This document shows, in pieces, positions 1-11,582 of a DNA stretch of 64,000 bases. This DNA comes from Octopus vulgaris (taxonomy: Eukaryota), in contig OX597823.1 in the NCBI GenBank assembly GCA_951406725.2, positions 16,430,001-16,494,000 on the forward strand, written 5' to 3'. The notes under the pieces are model-generated. The model saw only the letters and a program-made list of their open reading frames with translations. It made no database searches and was not told where the DNA came from. Position 1 is the stretch's first letter. Each line of letters begins with the position of its first letter. The position numbers were made by a program, and so were the translations under genes.

Positions 1-480
1 GTTCGGCTACGGAAGCAGTGACCTACCCATTTACCGCAGCATCCAAGATGTAGGAGGGAGCAAAGGAGTCACAGATGAGGCACCTACCTCTTACTCAGGG
101 ACACAGGGTAAGACCGTCTGGTCTCTTCCTACAGCTCTGGATAATCCCGCCGGCTCCAGAACTGAGGGGATATTAATCCGAGCCAAAGCTTGCTTAATTA
201 TTAGCTCGGTGTGAAGACCTGTGGGATCGAGTGCCATACCACAGCGACATCTCAGTCCCCTACAGACTTCAACTCCCGCTCTGAGTGCGATGGAGATGCG
301 GAGCTTATCAAGACTGAGTAGACCTCCAATGTTGGCCACAGGTAGGGCATCAATCCAGTCCCCCGTGAATTTTGCACTAGCAGAAAGTAGGCGACACCTT
401 GAAAATTGATAAGATTGATCAAGGCGAAAGTTTAAAGTGGCACCTGAACGCATATTGTCCCATACTCTCTGCTTCTGTCT
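1..480 (-). mobile_element. Decayed CRE-like (restriction-like endonuclease) non-LTR retrotransposon, C-terminal region
   Basis: ORF 91-453(-) has WIDALP..LRISIALRAG..CRCG..D..GLH..EPAGLSR. A shifted frame continues RPDGLTLCP*..G.CLI.DSFAPSY, the Zn-knuckle/RLE 'RPD' region of CRE-type elements. Confidence 0.75.
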
Positions 481-1779
481 ATCCTCAACTGTAACAGGAA
501 CTATAATTAGAAGCAGCAGCTAAATCTACTTCGTATTACACTTTAATTTCTTAAATCAGAAAAGAACACAATGTAGTCCTACATACTACCCACTAAAAAA
601 AAGATAGCATTGGTCACATCCTTTCTGTACAGGCTTTTCATCATAGACCTACTCAATCAGGACTAACTGGTTAAACTATTAGGATAAGGAATTAAAACAT
701 ACACAGAAAAAAGTAAATGCTGAAATGTTTTTAACAGGACGCATTGCAAACTCATCGCTTTACAATATTGATCGAAGCCTGCATGTTTGTTTGACTTGCA
801 AGAAATAGTTGACAAAGCTTCCTCATATCACAAACTACCATCTTAGGAAAAAGACACATTATAGGACAATGTGGTCCTAACTATCTTCTAAAGACAGGAT
901 AGCCATAATTGCTTTGCTTTCAACACGCGGTCTCAGATCAAATCATTTGCCATACAAGAACAAGTCCAAAATCTATAAAATGTAATTTTAGATATACTGC
1001 TTGGAAAAAATAATGACGGGATTGTCACAGTTGGATTGGTTTTGATCTTACTCAGCTATAAGTTAAAGCCAGCCTTAGCTAAACATCAACAACATAATAT
1101 TCTTATAACGGCAAATGAAGGATTTTAAAAAGAATAATAAAGACTTAAGTTACTGAAAATTGAATCTTCGGTTTTACTTATGCCACGTTTCAGAGTAAGG
1201 AGAAAATATTTGAGTGAAAGATTTAATCATACTCAACCACAGAGAAAAGTTCGAGAAGCGAGTCGAAGGAAACGACTCAACAAGGAATCGAAATCTCATC
1301 GTTATCTCGGTTTTCAGGTAATTTACCTTCCACTTTCCATGGCAAAACATATGCCGAGATAATGTAAAACTTTTTAATAGAATGAGTGATCTTTTTTTTT
1401 ATGGTTTAGTCAAAGTAGTGGAGCTCCGTAAGCGATTTAGTGTTTGACTCGACACTCTTCTGGCAGCTCCTGCAACCAAGCTGGTGTCGAACGTAATGCT
1501 CTGCATTCCTTTGGACTATGTTAGCAAGGTCGAGAGAGGATTCCAGACGATTAGGCTACCCAGGATTTTCTTACATCTAGCCAAGGCCTGCGCAAAACTG
1601 GAGAGGACATGAAATGTAAAAACCAGACTGGATTAGTTTATACGCAACTCCATTGTCTCCCGAGACAAAAGGATGCCAACAACAACAAGTCAAAGTAGTA
1701 AGGGCAGTGTCTATGACATTTTACAAGCATCTAAAACTAACGAGAGAATGTTACTCTCTGAATGGTAACTTAGCCCGAA

Positions 1780-2360
1780 TGCTTGCAAAAGAGTACACCT
1801 CGCTTAAGAGTATGGTAGATACCCGATGGCGGGTATTCATCTGGTTGCGCATTTCTGAACACTTTTCAGGAGGTTGATATGCCTAGCAAGATAGGGGTTC
1901 CAGACTGGTGATGCAAATTCTAAGTGTGGACGCACCATAGCCATATACGAACATCGGCAAGTCTACCATCAATAAACAAGAATGGTCCTCTGGTGATCTG
2001 CACGATTTCCGTTTCTCAGATTTCACTCCGAAAGCTTTGTACGATCGGAGGATATGGTTGCAGACAGGTCTAAAATACCGTGCAGTGGTAGGAAATTTGA
2101 ATATACGTGTAGTTGCGAAGATAATTTCGTAACCGCACAACCATGCTTATTTGAGCGAGTGAGTACGAACAAACCTTGTTACCATGCTTGGGTGCTGGTT
2201 GTTGAGCTGACTGTTCCTTGAGAAGCAGTATTGTGTCCTTAAAACAAGATATGAGGATACTGGGGAATGTTGGAAGGTGTTCTGCAGTGCTTCTGTTGGG
2301 GGTGGAAAAACGTGGATTTGTGGTTAGGTCTATGATGTCTGGTCTAGCACTGGACATCAG
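1780..2360 (-). mobile_element. CR1/L2-group LINE fragments, inverted relative to the adjacent copy
   Basis: 1800-1950 is the reverse complement of the MVRPHLEFASPVWNPYL segment at 3600-3750. 1950-2360 looks like decayed EN-RT linker. Confidence 0.65.
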
Positions 2361-2434
2361 TAGAAAGATGGATGTTCATGACTACAAAAAGAATCAGGAA
2401 ATTCTAGTACAAACATACCAAAGAAAGGACCAAG

Positions 2435-4180
2435 TTGGGAAGAATGAAAATGCCATTCCCAGCTAATAGATTTATCCTTAACTCCAGCTGCTGTTGCCAA
2501 CTTATCGAGTTTCATGAAGACATCACCCGAATCACTGATGGCGACTTATGGGTGGGTGTTAACTATCTTGATTTTACTAAAGTCTCCAATTCTGTGCCAC
2601 ACAAACGATTCATGGCAAAGTTCTCTGCAGTAGTTGTAAAAGATGATCTTTATAATTGGTTGAAGTCCTTCATTCTCGATCGAAAAGAAGAAGTCACGGT
2701 TCTAAAACATCATTCTTCACCCTATGAGATGACATCTGGTGTACCACAGGGATCCGTCCTTGGTCCTCTGTTGTTTGTTGCATATATGACAACTTGAAGA
2801 ATGTTATAGTATTGAAATATCCTTTCTACTAAAGGCAATAGGTACTTATTTCATCGATCCCAAAAGGATGAAAGGCAAAGTCGACCTCGGCGGAATTTGA
2901 ACTCAGAACGTAAAGACAGACGAAATGCCACTAAGCATTTTTCCTGGCGTGCTAACAATTCTGCCAGCTCGCCACCTTGTCGTAGTGTTGAAATATGCAG
3001 ATGACATCAAGTTATACCTCAAGATAAAAAGAGCAGATTCTATGTACTATAGATCTTTCCTACGATCAGACTTAGACACGATGCAGCAATGGATTACCGA
3101 CTGACAAATCAAGTTGGCTGGGAACAAGTGTGATACCATGCATTTTGGGAGGAAAAACTCAGTTTTTACATACTCCCTTAACAATACCAATCTTAAGAAA
3201 TCTGTTAGTGAATGTGACCTGGGTATAATTATAAACAGCGATTTGCGTTGAACAAACCAGATCTCTAAAATTGTCAAGAAGGTTGAGGGTGTTTTAGAAG
3301 CATTCAATAAGATCTTTGTTAGCCGCTCTCCAGCTATCTCTGTACCACAGGGATCCGTCCTTGGTCCTCTGTTGTTTGTTGCATATATTAATGACAACTT
3401 GAAGAATGTTATAGTGTTGAAATATCCTTTCTACTAAAGGCAACAGGTACTTATTTCATCGATCCCAAAAGGATGAAAGGCAAAAATCGACCTCGGTGGA
3501 ATTTGAACTCAGAACGTAAAGACAGACGAAATGCCACTAAGCATTTTTCCTGGCGTTCAATAAGATCTTCGTCAGCCGCTCTCCAGCTATCTCTTTAAAG
3601 CCGTATATGGCTATGGTGCATCCGCAGAATTTGCATCACCAGTCTGGAACCCCTATGTTTCTAGGCATATCAACCTCCTGGAAAGTGTTCAGAAATGCAC
3701 AACCAGATGAATACCCGCAGTCAGGAATCTACCATGCTCTGAACGTCTCGCTTCTCTGGGCATGGACATATTAAAGCTCCGACGCCTGACTTGATATACA
3801 TCCACAAGATTGTCTAACATCTTTCTTACTACAACCTGGAGCACCTTTTTGAATTCCATACGACTAACATTCGTGGACATGCTTACAAAATCAAAAATCA
3901 ATTCAGTATCCATGAGTTTCGGAAACACTTTTTCACGCTCAGAATTTCTGAAACATAGAATAAACTACCCTCATCAATTGCTGGATGTCGGGACACAACA
4001 TGCTTCAAAATTTACATGCTGCCTGAAATTCGCCAACAGTAGAATTGATGCTCCCCACCCCGTTTTTTGTTTTTGTTTTTTACGTTTTATTCACTTCCTG
4101 TGCATATTCTATGTTCTGTTCTTGAAGTTTTGGTTACCGTTTCTGTCGAGTTGTGGTGCATTGAGCAGTGTATACGATAC
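2435..4180 (+). mobile_element. Decayed CR1/L2-group LINE (RT to 3' end) with SINE insertion and internal duplication
   Basis: YLDF.K..NSVPHKR, SGVPQGSVLGPLLF and YADDIK (2993-3010). The 3' end GTGCATTGAGCAGTGTA matches the family tail. Homologous to ORF 39954-41597. Confidence 0.9.
2821..2978 (-). mobile_element. SINE family B (Meta-domain-like), inserted in LINE RT
   Basis: Reverse complement of the AAGGCGGCGAGCTGGCAGAA head and GTCGACTTTGCCTTTCATCC core. Flanked by a near-direct repeat TAGT(A/G)TTGAAATAT. Confidence 0.85.
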
Positions 4181-4575
4181 TCTTTTACTTGTTTCAGTCA
4201 TTTGACTGCGGCCATGCTGGAGCACTGCCCTTAGTCGAGTAAATCGACCCCAGGACTTATTCTTTGTAAACCTAGTACTTATTCTATCAGTCTCTTTTGC
4301 TGAACCGCTAAGTTACGGGGACGTAAACACACCAGCATCGGTTGTCAAGCAATGGTGGGGGGGACAAACATAGACACACAAACATATATATATATATATA
4401 TATATATATACGACGGGCTTCTTCCAGTTTCCGTCTATCAAATCCACTCAAAAGGCTTTGGTCGGCCCGAGGCTATAGTAGAAGATACTTGCCCATAGTG
4501 CCACGCAGTGGGAATGAACCCGGAAGTATGTGGTTGGTAAGCAAGCTACTTACCACACAGCCATTCCTGTGCCTA
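4180..4575 (-). mobile_element. SINE family A (tRNA-like head, internal (TA)/(TG) tract, GAAACAAGTAAAAGAG tail)
   Basis: Near-identical to more than 15 other copies in the window. Confidence 0.9.
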
Positions 4576-4742
4576 ATACGTTCATTATTATTATTATTAA
4601 ATGGCTGGTGCTGAAATTGTGTTGGTCGGTAGCTGACAAAATATTCCACACCAGAAGCTGTAAGTAAATTATCAGAGTGGTTTCATTTTTTGTTATACAT
4701 TATATGATTAACGACGAGAAAATCTATTTTTAGAGGAATTTT

Positions 4743-5011
4743 GGACCTTTACCTTTTGACCGACAGATTTTAAAAATAATTTTTGTAACTAAACACTTTC
4801 AAACTTCGTATACTTGTGGAATGTGTCCCATAAAACATCTTTTACTCTTGGCGTTGTTGAGAAAATTCTGTATTTTGGAAGTTATTTCTTGCTAAAGTTG
4901 TCGTATTTCGGTAATTTCAACCAATCAATGACGTGTATTCAGCTGAATAAAATTACTGCCGTTGTTTGTCAACAACAACTATCGGCGGTGTATATCAAAA
5001 GATAAAGATCC
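4743..5011. mobile_element. Merlin-like MITE
   Basis: TIRs GGACCTTTACCTTTTGA / TCAAAAGATAAAGATCC and an 8-bp TSD GGAATTTT (4735-4742, 5012-5019). GG termini with an 8-bp TSD fit Merlin. Confidence 0.8.
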
Positions 5012-5315
5012 GGAATTTTTTTTTTTTTTACATCCCAATTTCTTTAATATAATAATCACATTTTTATCACATATCACACATCATGCACTTATCTATTGCG
5101 TTCCGTTAGGTTCGTCTTAGTCAGGCATAGGCTAACATCAGCGGGGTCGCACTACTAAAATGTTCAAGGTAATTTTTTTGTTTAGTGTGCCATTCAGAAA
5201 GTCACGCAAGCTGCAGTTTGTCCATAACTTGTCTATATGTTGTTGCAGAAAAGTGAATACATTCCTTTTATATTTTTTTTTCTTATACCTCATCAAATGT
5301 ATTGTTCGAAATTTT

Positions 5316-5579
5316 GGATCTTTTCGGTTTGAACGGCAGTTTTTAACATAATTTCTAGGTAAAAAAACATTCTGTGCCGTATGAATATGTCCCTCGTTTA
5401 AGAAACAGATTGGGGGTTTATTTACATTTGTGAAGAAAAAAGATACCCTTCCCCCACCCCAGCTAACCCTAACCCTAAAACAGATTGAAATGCAATAGAT
5501 CGATACTAGGGTCATAATTATGGGTGACAATTTCATATGACACCGCTAGAAAAAACTGCCGTTCAAACCGAAAAGATCC
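5316..5579. mobile_element. Merlin-like MITE containing (CCCTAA)n
   Basis: About 29-bp perfect TIR GGATCTTTTCGGTTTGAACGGCAGTTTTT. 8-bp TSD GAAATTTT (5308-5315, 5580-5587). Confidence 0.85.
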
Positions 5580-6445
5580 GAAATTTTATCATATCTATGA
5601 ATTCGTTTCTATACAGAATAAAAATAATTCGTTACGAACCAACGATGGAACCTTCCATCGACTTGCAAGAAATTGAAACCAAATCTCCCTCATAGCACAC
5701 TTCTTGCCGCCACAAACAAAGAAGGAACTCCTAGGTAATATGTCAATGACCGCCCCAAATGCTCGGGATAGTCACAGCTGGAATGCTTTTGATGATAGGT
5801 GTGCTTGACAGTGAGAATGTTTTAAATACCTTAATATTTGTTAATACGTAGGCCTTTGTCTCAAATATTTTAAAACAAAAACATTTAAGTTAGGTTCTTC
5901 GTAACTAACGTAATGGGATTTTTGTTTATCAAGCATTTCATTTATGTTTTCTCTTATGGACATTATTGACGTACCCTAAAAGATTTAACTTAACTGGAAG
6001 CAAGATAGAAAAAAAATTAACCCTTATTTCAGGATTTTTCTATACGAAAATATACAATGATCAGTCATGCTACAATGGTCTGCTCCCAACAGAGGTCCTA
6101 ATTTCAATAAGGTGTCGAGCTGGCAGAATCGTTAGTAACACACCCAACCTAAATTAGATGCGTTACTTAGATCGCCTTAAACTGCTGTAAACATCCAGAG
6201 GTACCATCTCGTGTTGACGACACCTATTAATTAAGCCGCGACTATATCGGCTGACATAATGATTGTATATATATATATAAAGGAAATTTTGTGCGTATGT
6301 TTAGAGTTGAATTGTTGGCGTAACCACGATGTTCCAGTGATTTGATGGGCTGTCTTTCTTTATTTGCATACTTATTGATGCAAACGTATACGCATAATTT
6401 CTTCTTTACTGAAATTAATATTTCGTGAAGAAGGTTACAAAACGA

Positions 6446-6860
6446 GGATCTTTTCGCTTTGAACGGCAGTTTTTTCTAGCGGTGTCATATGAAATTGTCA
6501 CCCATAATTATGACCCTAGTATCGATCTATTGCATTTCAATCTGGTTAGTGGTTGGGGGAAGGGTATCTTTTTTCTTCAGAAATGTAAATAAGCCCAATC
6601 TGTTTCTTAAACGAGGGACATATTCATACGGCACAGAATGTTTTCACCTCAATAGACATCATTGATTGGTTGAAATTGCAGAAATTGAAGAAAAACAACA
6701 ACAAATATCTTACAAACTATAGAATTTTCTCAATAAAGCCAAGAGAAAAAGAAAAGATCCAGCTCGGATCTTTTCTTTTTGATGGACGGAATTTCAGTAT
6801 ACGAAGTTTCAAATTTTTTAGTTAACTAGAAAATTCCGTCCATCAAAAAGAAAAGATCCG
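6446..6860. mobile_element. Merlin-like MITE (same family as 5316, opposite orientation) ending in a 94-bp mini-element
   Basis: Starts GGATCTTTTCGCTTTGAACGGCAG. 6766-6859 is bounded by the inverted repeat GGATCTTTTCTTTTTGATGGACGGAATTT. Confidence 0.75.
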
Positions 6861-7072
6861 AGCAGCGTAGCTGGATTGAAGCTGAGTAACAAGACCTAAT
6901 TATTTTCAGCTTTTCATCGATTTCTCCAGTTCAATAATTCTAGCGATAGGAAAGAAATAAAACATGACTGATACAATACGAGCTTATGTAGAACCAAAAT
7001 CGATTCCATATCTTGGTTAACAATTTGTCAAGGTGTCGTCAACACGAGATGGTACCTCTGGATGTTTACAAC

Positions 7073-7458
7073 GTAGGAGTGGTTGTGTGGTAAGTAGCGT
7101 GCTTACCAACCACATGGTTCCGGGTTCAGTCCCAATGCGTGGCACCTTGGGCAAGTATCTTCTACTGTAGCCTCGGGCCGACCAAAGCCTTGTGAATGGA
7201 TTTGGTAGACGGAAACCGAAAGAAGCCTGTCGTATATATGTATATGTGTGTGTGTGTGTGTGTGTGTTTGTCCTCCCAACATCGCTTGACAACCGAGGCT
7301 GGTGTGTATACGTCCCCGTAACTTAGCGGTTCGGCAAACGAGATCGATAGAATAAGTACTAGGCTTACAAAGAATAAGTCCTGGGATCGATTTGCTCGAC
7401 TAAAGGCGGTGCTCCAGCATGGCCACAGTCAAAATGACTGAAACAAGTAAAAGAGAGA
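7073..7458 (+). mobile_element. SINE family A
   Basis: Full head-to-tail copy. Confidence 0.9.
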
Positions 7459-7720
7459 ATGTAAATTTGCTATTGAACATGAAGAGAAGAAGAATGTATC
7501 AAATATTTTTTGTGTAGGTTTTAAAGCAAATTAGATAGCGTCGTCTTTGAAAACCAATAAATCATGTTAGTATAACAGAATGTCTTAAACCTATACAACT
7601 TGGAACTATGGCATTTGCAATGCATCTTTATAGAGATGATTTGGATTTTCAATGGGAAAAGTTTTCTAAGAAATGCAATAGACGCAAATTTCAGGCACAA
7701 TTTACCTTCTGAACTGAAAT

Positions 7721-7950
7721 ACAGTGATACCTCGGAGTACGAGTTTAATTTGTTCCATGACCGAGCTCGTTTTACAAACCAATTTTCCCCATTGAAATTA
7801 ACAAAAATGTAATTAATCTGTTCCAGCCTCCCCAAACTACTCATAAATGAATGATTTTTTTATGAGTTTTAAAACAGAAAAGGTGTAGTTACAAGTAAAA
7901 TGACAATTATAAAATGGAGAAAATCAAAAGAAATATGTAAATTGGTTTTA
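7721..7950 (+). mobile_element. Tigger/pogo-like transposon end
   Basis: TA-CAGTGATACCTCG terminus followed by a TTTTCCCCATTGAAATTAA subterminal motif. The other end was not found. Confidence 0.45.
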
Positions 7951-8615
7951 ACCAAATTACCTTAAATATGAAACGATTTGCGCGCGAGAAAGACGATAGA
8001 TCGGAGAGGAGGAGTGAAGGAGAATTTTTTTTTTAAGGAGAATTTCCTTCCATTAGAACTTCAGGAAGAACAATTTCTCTCTCACCGCGAAAGCCAAAGT
8101 TAACCTCAACGTGGTTTGAACTTGGAATGTAAGGATTTGTAACTAAATACTGAAAGGCTTTGTCAATACGCTGACCTTAATATACAAACTGGCACAACGT
8201 CTAACATTTTGAGAGATGGGTATTGTGGATGATATCCGTCCAGTATTTGATACTTATTTTATCGACGCCGTGAAGGATAAAACCCGAAGTCGACGTCTTG
8301 TCAATTTGAATAAAAGATCTAACTAAATACTATCCTCTAATAATTGTTCTTAATTTACACACAAAGGCCACAATTTTAAGAGGAGGGGTTCTTAGTCCAT
8401 ACTATTGACTTGCGTACTTCGTTTTATCAACCCCAGAAGGATGAAAATCAAATGAGAACGAAAGAAATACTGCAAGGTGCTCTTTCCGTCGCACTAACAA
8501 TTATGCTAATTTATCGCCCTGTTGCACTATAATAATGATGGAAACAAAAATTCATGCTTTCTTTTTCTTCCTTGACATACATAAATAACCAGTGTTCAGT
8601 AAGTTTCAAAGGAAA

Positions 8616-8750
8616 TGGCTGGATAGATTTCAATACATCGTTTCAGTTACTTTCACGATGTATAGTTTTCAACAGATACATATAATGGTCTCGTAGATTA
8701 GGCCACTAGTTCATTACGAATGAATCTACTTCATTGAACGAGTCACATAA
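8616..8750 (+). ncRNA. Candidate H/ACA box snoRNA/scaRNA-like fold
   Basis: Hairpin (ATACATCGT/ACGATGTAT), H box ATATAA 8680-8685, second hairpin (CTCGT/ACGAG, GTAGATT/AATCTAC), then ACA 8745-8747, 15 nt from the upper stem. Length 135 nt. No target confirmed. Confidence 0.35.
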
Positions 8751-9199
8751 TTCAACTAACCTCGACCTACAAGAAAGAGAAAACTATGTGTATGAGTTAC
8801 CAGGTAAACTAACTAAACCTGGCTGCCTCCTTACGCGCACCATAAAAGCAATTTGATCCCTACACAAAGCTTTTATTATAATTTAGATTTAATGAAACAT
8901 ATATCTACATATGTATAAAGAACAAAAACAGTTATTTTCTCATTACTTTGGAAACTTTTACATAAACCTCTTATAATAGGCAAAGAGAAAAGACTCATCC
9001 AAATGATAGTTTAAAATCAACAACACTGAAATAAAATCTTTTGTTAATATATCATCTTCGAATATATAAAATATTTGTAGTAGGTATGTAAGGTTTATAA
9101 CAGGAAGTGGGTGAGGGTTTCGCCTATATTATTTTACCTCTCATGGGAAGAACATATTTTGTATGTTAAAGATTACAAATAAGGAAATAAAGATAACAA

Positions 9200-9290
9200 A
9201 AGAATCCCAAACGACACGTACAATCGACCGTAGGTCATATTATGACCCAGTCCACCTTTCCTGCTTCCGTTACGGTCCCCACCAGAATCT
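9200..9290 (-). promoter_or_regulatory. Candidate promoter/TSS
   Basis: Non-repetitive CpG cluster with an ETS-type CGGAAG on the minus strand and the palindrome GGTCATA-T-TATGACC. Minus-strand donor AG|GTAAAA at 9137. Confidence 0.4.
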
Positions 9291-10046
9291 ACAGGTACCA
9301 ACGAAGGAGCTTGTACGTGATCGCACAATCTGCTAGATATAGTAGCGACATTTCTCTGAAATTAGTTTCAGCCATCTCAAAAAGAGAAGAACATTGGATA
9401 ATGTGATCCTTTATAATAATCTTCTTCTTCTTCTTCTTCTTCTTCTTCTTCTTCTTCTTCTTCTTCTTCTTCTTCTTCTTCTTCTTCTTCTTCTTCTTCT
9501 TCTTCTTCTTCTTCTTCTTCTTCTTCATCATCATGCTGGAGCCAAAATGCCTGTCCCCCATTAACTTTTGTAGGTCCCCAATTTCATGTGTCAATACGAA
9601 AAACGTTCCCTGTAGTTGAGCAGTCTTCAATCTCTCTTCAGGCGTGGAAGTCTTTCAGTAATATGTCATCTGATATGGTCTGGTGTTCAAAGCATTCTTT
9701 GCATTGAGCAACAGCAGTTGTGTTGAATATGTTCTTAAAGCCTCTCTTGATTTTGAACTCAATTTGTGATATGTTTTGAGTCTTTTTGAGAAATCTGATG
9801 TACATACCATTAAGGCAATCTTAAAACTGCTTCATTGTTCAAGTTTTCAGCTCCATAGGAAAAAAATGTTCTCTAAACATGTCTTGAAGAAGTCCAGTCT
9901 TGTTTACATTTAGATACTTGATTGCCACATGCTTTGATGCTTGTTACATGTTCTCCAGATTTGTTCCTTGCATGTCTTTCTTACTGTCACCAATATAGGA
10001 CCCAAGGTACTTGAAGTCACTGACTTCCTTGTGTGGAATACATTAA

Positions 10047-10272
10047 CAGCTGGCAGAATCGTTAGCACGCCGGGCGAAATGCTCAGCAGTATTGCGTCTA
10101 CTGTTACGTTCTGAGTTCAAATATCCGCCGACATCAACTTTGCCTTTCATCCTTTCGGAGTCAATTAAATAAGTACCAGTTACGCACTGGGGTCGATATA
10201 ATCGACTTAATCCGCGTGTCTGTCCTTGTTTGTCCTCTCTGTGTTTAGCCCCTTGTGGGTAGTAAAGAAATA
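10047..10272 (+). mobile_element. SINE family B
   Basis: AGCTGGCAGAATCGTTAGCACG head to GTAAAGAAATA tail. Confidence 0.85.
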
Positions 10273-10694
10273 GATGACTTTCATCTTTGTTGATGGCAGA
10301 TACTCAGTCTTCTTTGCATTGAGAAATAGTTTGACTTTGAATGGATGTTGGCAACTCTTGCACATCATATAGTTGATGAACTGTGAGTATTAAATCATCA
10401 TTACAGTCAAGGTCAGAAAAATATTTATTCTGCTGCCATCTTGATTACACTTGCTTCATAGTGAAGTCTTTGCCTAAGGATGTAGTTCCCTACAGTCACA
10501 AAAAAAAAAGAACTAGAGTGTCCCCTTGAAGGATCCCTGCTGTTATTAGAAACTCTTTAGTTGCATAATCTTTCCTTTTTGCAAAGCTTGATGATGATAG
10601 CTTTGACAATCTCAACTGGGTCATCATAATGTAACAGGGTATATACCATGGCCCTCTATTGATGCTTTCAAATACAGTCGATGCTCTTGGTTTG

Positions 10695-11079
10695 AGTGGA
10701 GGCGCAATGGCCCAGTGGTTAGGGCAGTGGACTCAAGGTCGTAGGATCACGGTTTCGATTCCCAGACCGGGTGTCATGAGTGTTTATTGAGCGAAAACAC
10801 CTAAAAGTTCCACGAGGCTCCGGCAGGTGATGGTGGTGATCCCTGCTGTACTCTTTCACCACAACTTTCTCTCACTCTTACTTCCTGTTTCTGTTGTACC
10901 TGTATTTCAAAGGGCCAGCCTTGTCACTCTCTGTGTCACGCTGAATATCCCCGAGAACTACGTTAAGGGTACATGTGTCTGTGGAGTGCTCAGCCACTTA
11001 CACGTTAATTTCACGAGCAGGCTGTTCCGTTGATCGGATCAACCGGAACCCTCGTCGTCGTAACCGACGGAGTGCTTCC
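10695..11079 (+). mobile_element. SINE family C (tRNA-Arg-like head, probably octopus OR-type), tail variant 1
   Basis: A/B boxes TGGCCCAGTGG and GGTTTCGATTCC. TSD ATGCTCTTGGTTTG. Confidence 0.85.
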
Positions 11080-11164
11080 ATGCTCTTGGTTTGGATCTCT
11101 GGTAATGTTGATCTGTCTTTGAGTATGTAGTTTTAGTTCCTTCGTAGGATAAGATCACCTCTCT

Positions 11165-11582
11165 CTCTTTTACTCTTTTACTTGTTTCAGTCATTTGACT
11201 GCGGCCATGCTGGAGCACCGCCTTTAATCAAGCAACTCGACCCCGGTACTTATTCTTTTGTAAGCCCAGTACTTATTCTATCAGTCTCTTTTGCTGAACC
11301 GCTAAGTAACAGGGACATAAACACACCAGCATCGGTTGTCAAGCAATGCTAGGGAGACAAACACAGACACACAATCACACACATGCAATATATATATATA
11401 TATATATACACATATACGACGGGATTCTTTTCAGTTTCCGTCTACTATATCCACTCACAAGGCTTTGGTCGGCCCAAGGCTATAGTAGAAGTCACTTGCC
11501 CAAGGTGCCACGCAGTGGGACTGAACCCAGAACCATGTGGTTGGTAAACAAGCTACTTACCACACAGCCACTCCTGCGCCTA
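11165..11582 (-). mobile_element. SINE family A
   Basis: Full copy. Confidence 0.9.

Noticed and set aside
5462-5478. Interstitial telomere from a chromosome fusion
   Set aside because: Only 2-3 hexamers, internal to a MITE.
8688-8735. SECIS element on the minus strand, with TGA at about 9143 read as Sec
   Set aside because: The AUGA/GA quartet is out of register with the helix, and there is no selenoprotein-like ORF.
8780-8870. Spliced-leader or Sm-class snRNA
   Set aside because: Only a weak Sm-like AATTTGA and one hairpin, with no similarity to known snRNAs.
9289-9630. Poly-lysine ORF
   Set aside because: It is the (GAA)n tail of an RTE LINE.
10697-10775. tRNA-Arg gene (also 11884 and 12955)
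   Set aside because: A/B boxes are present but there is no proper cloverleaf. It is a SINE head inside TSD-bounded insertions.
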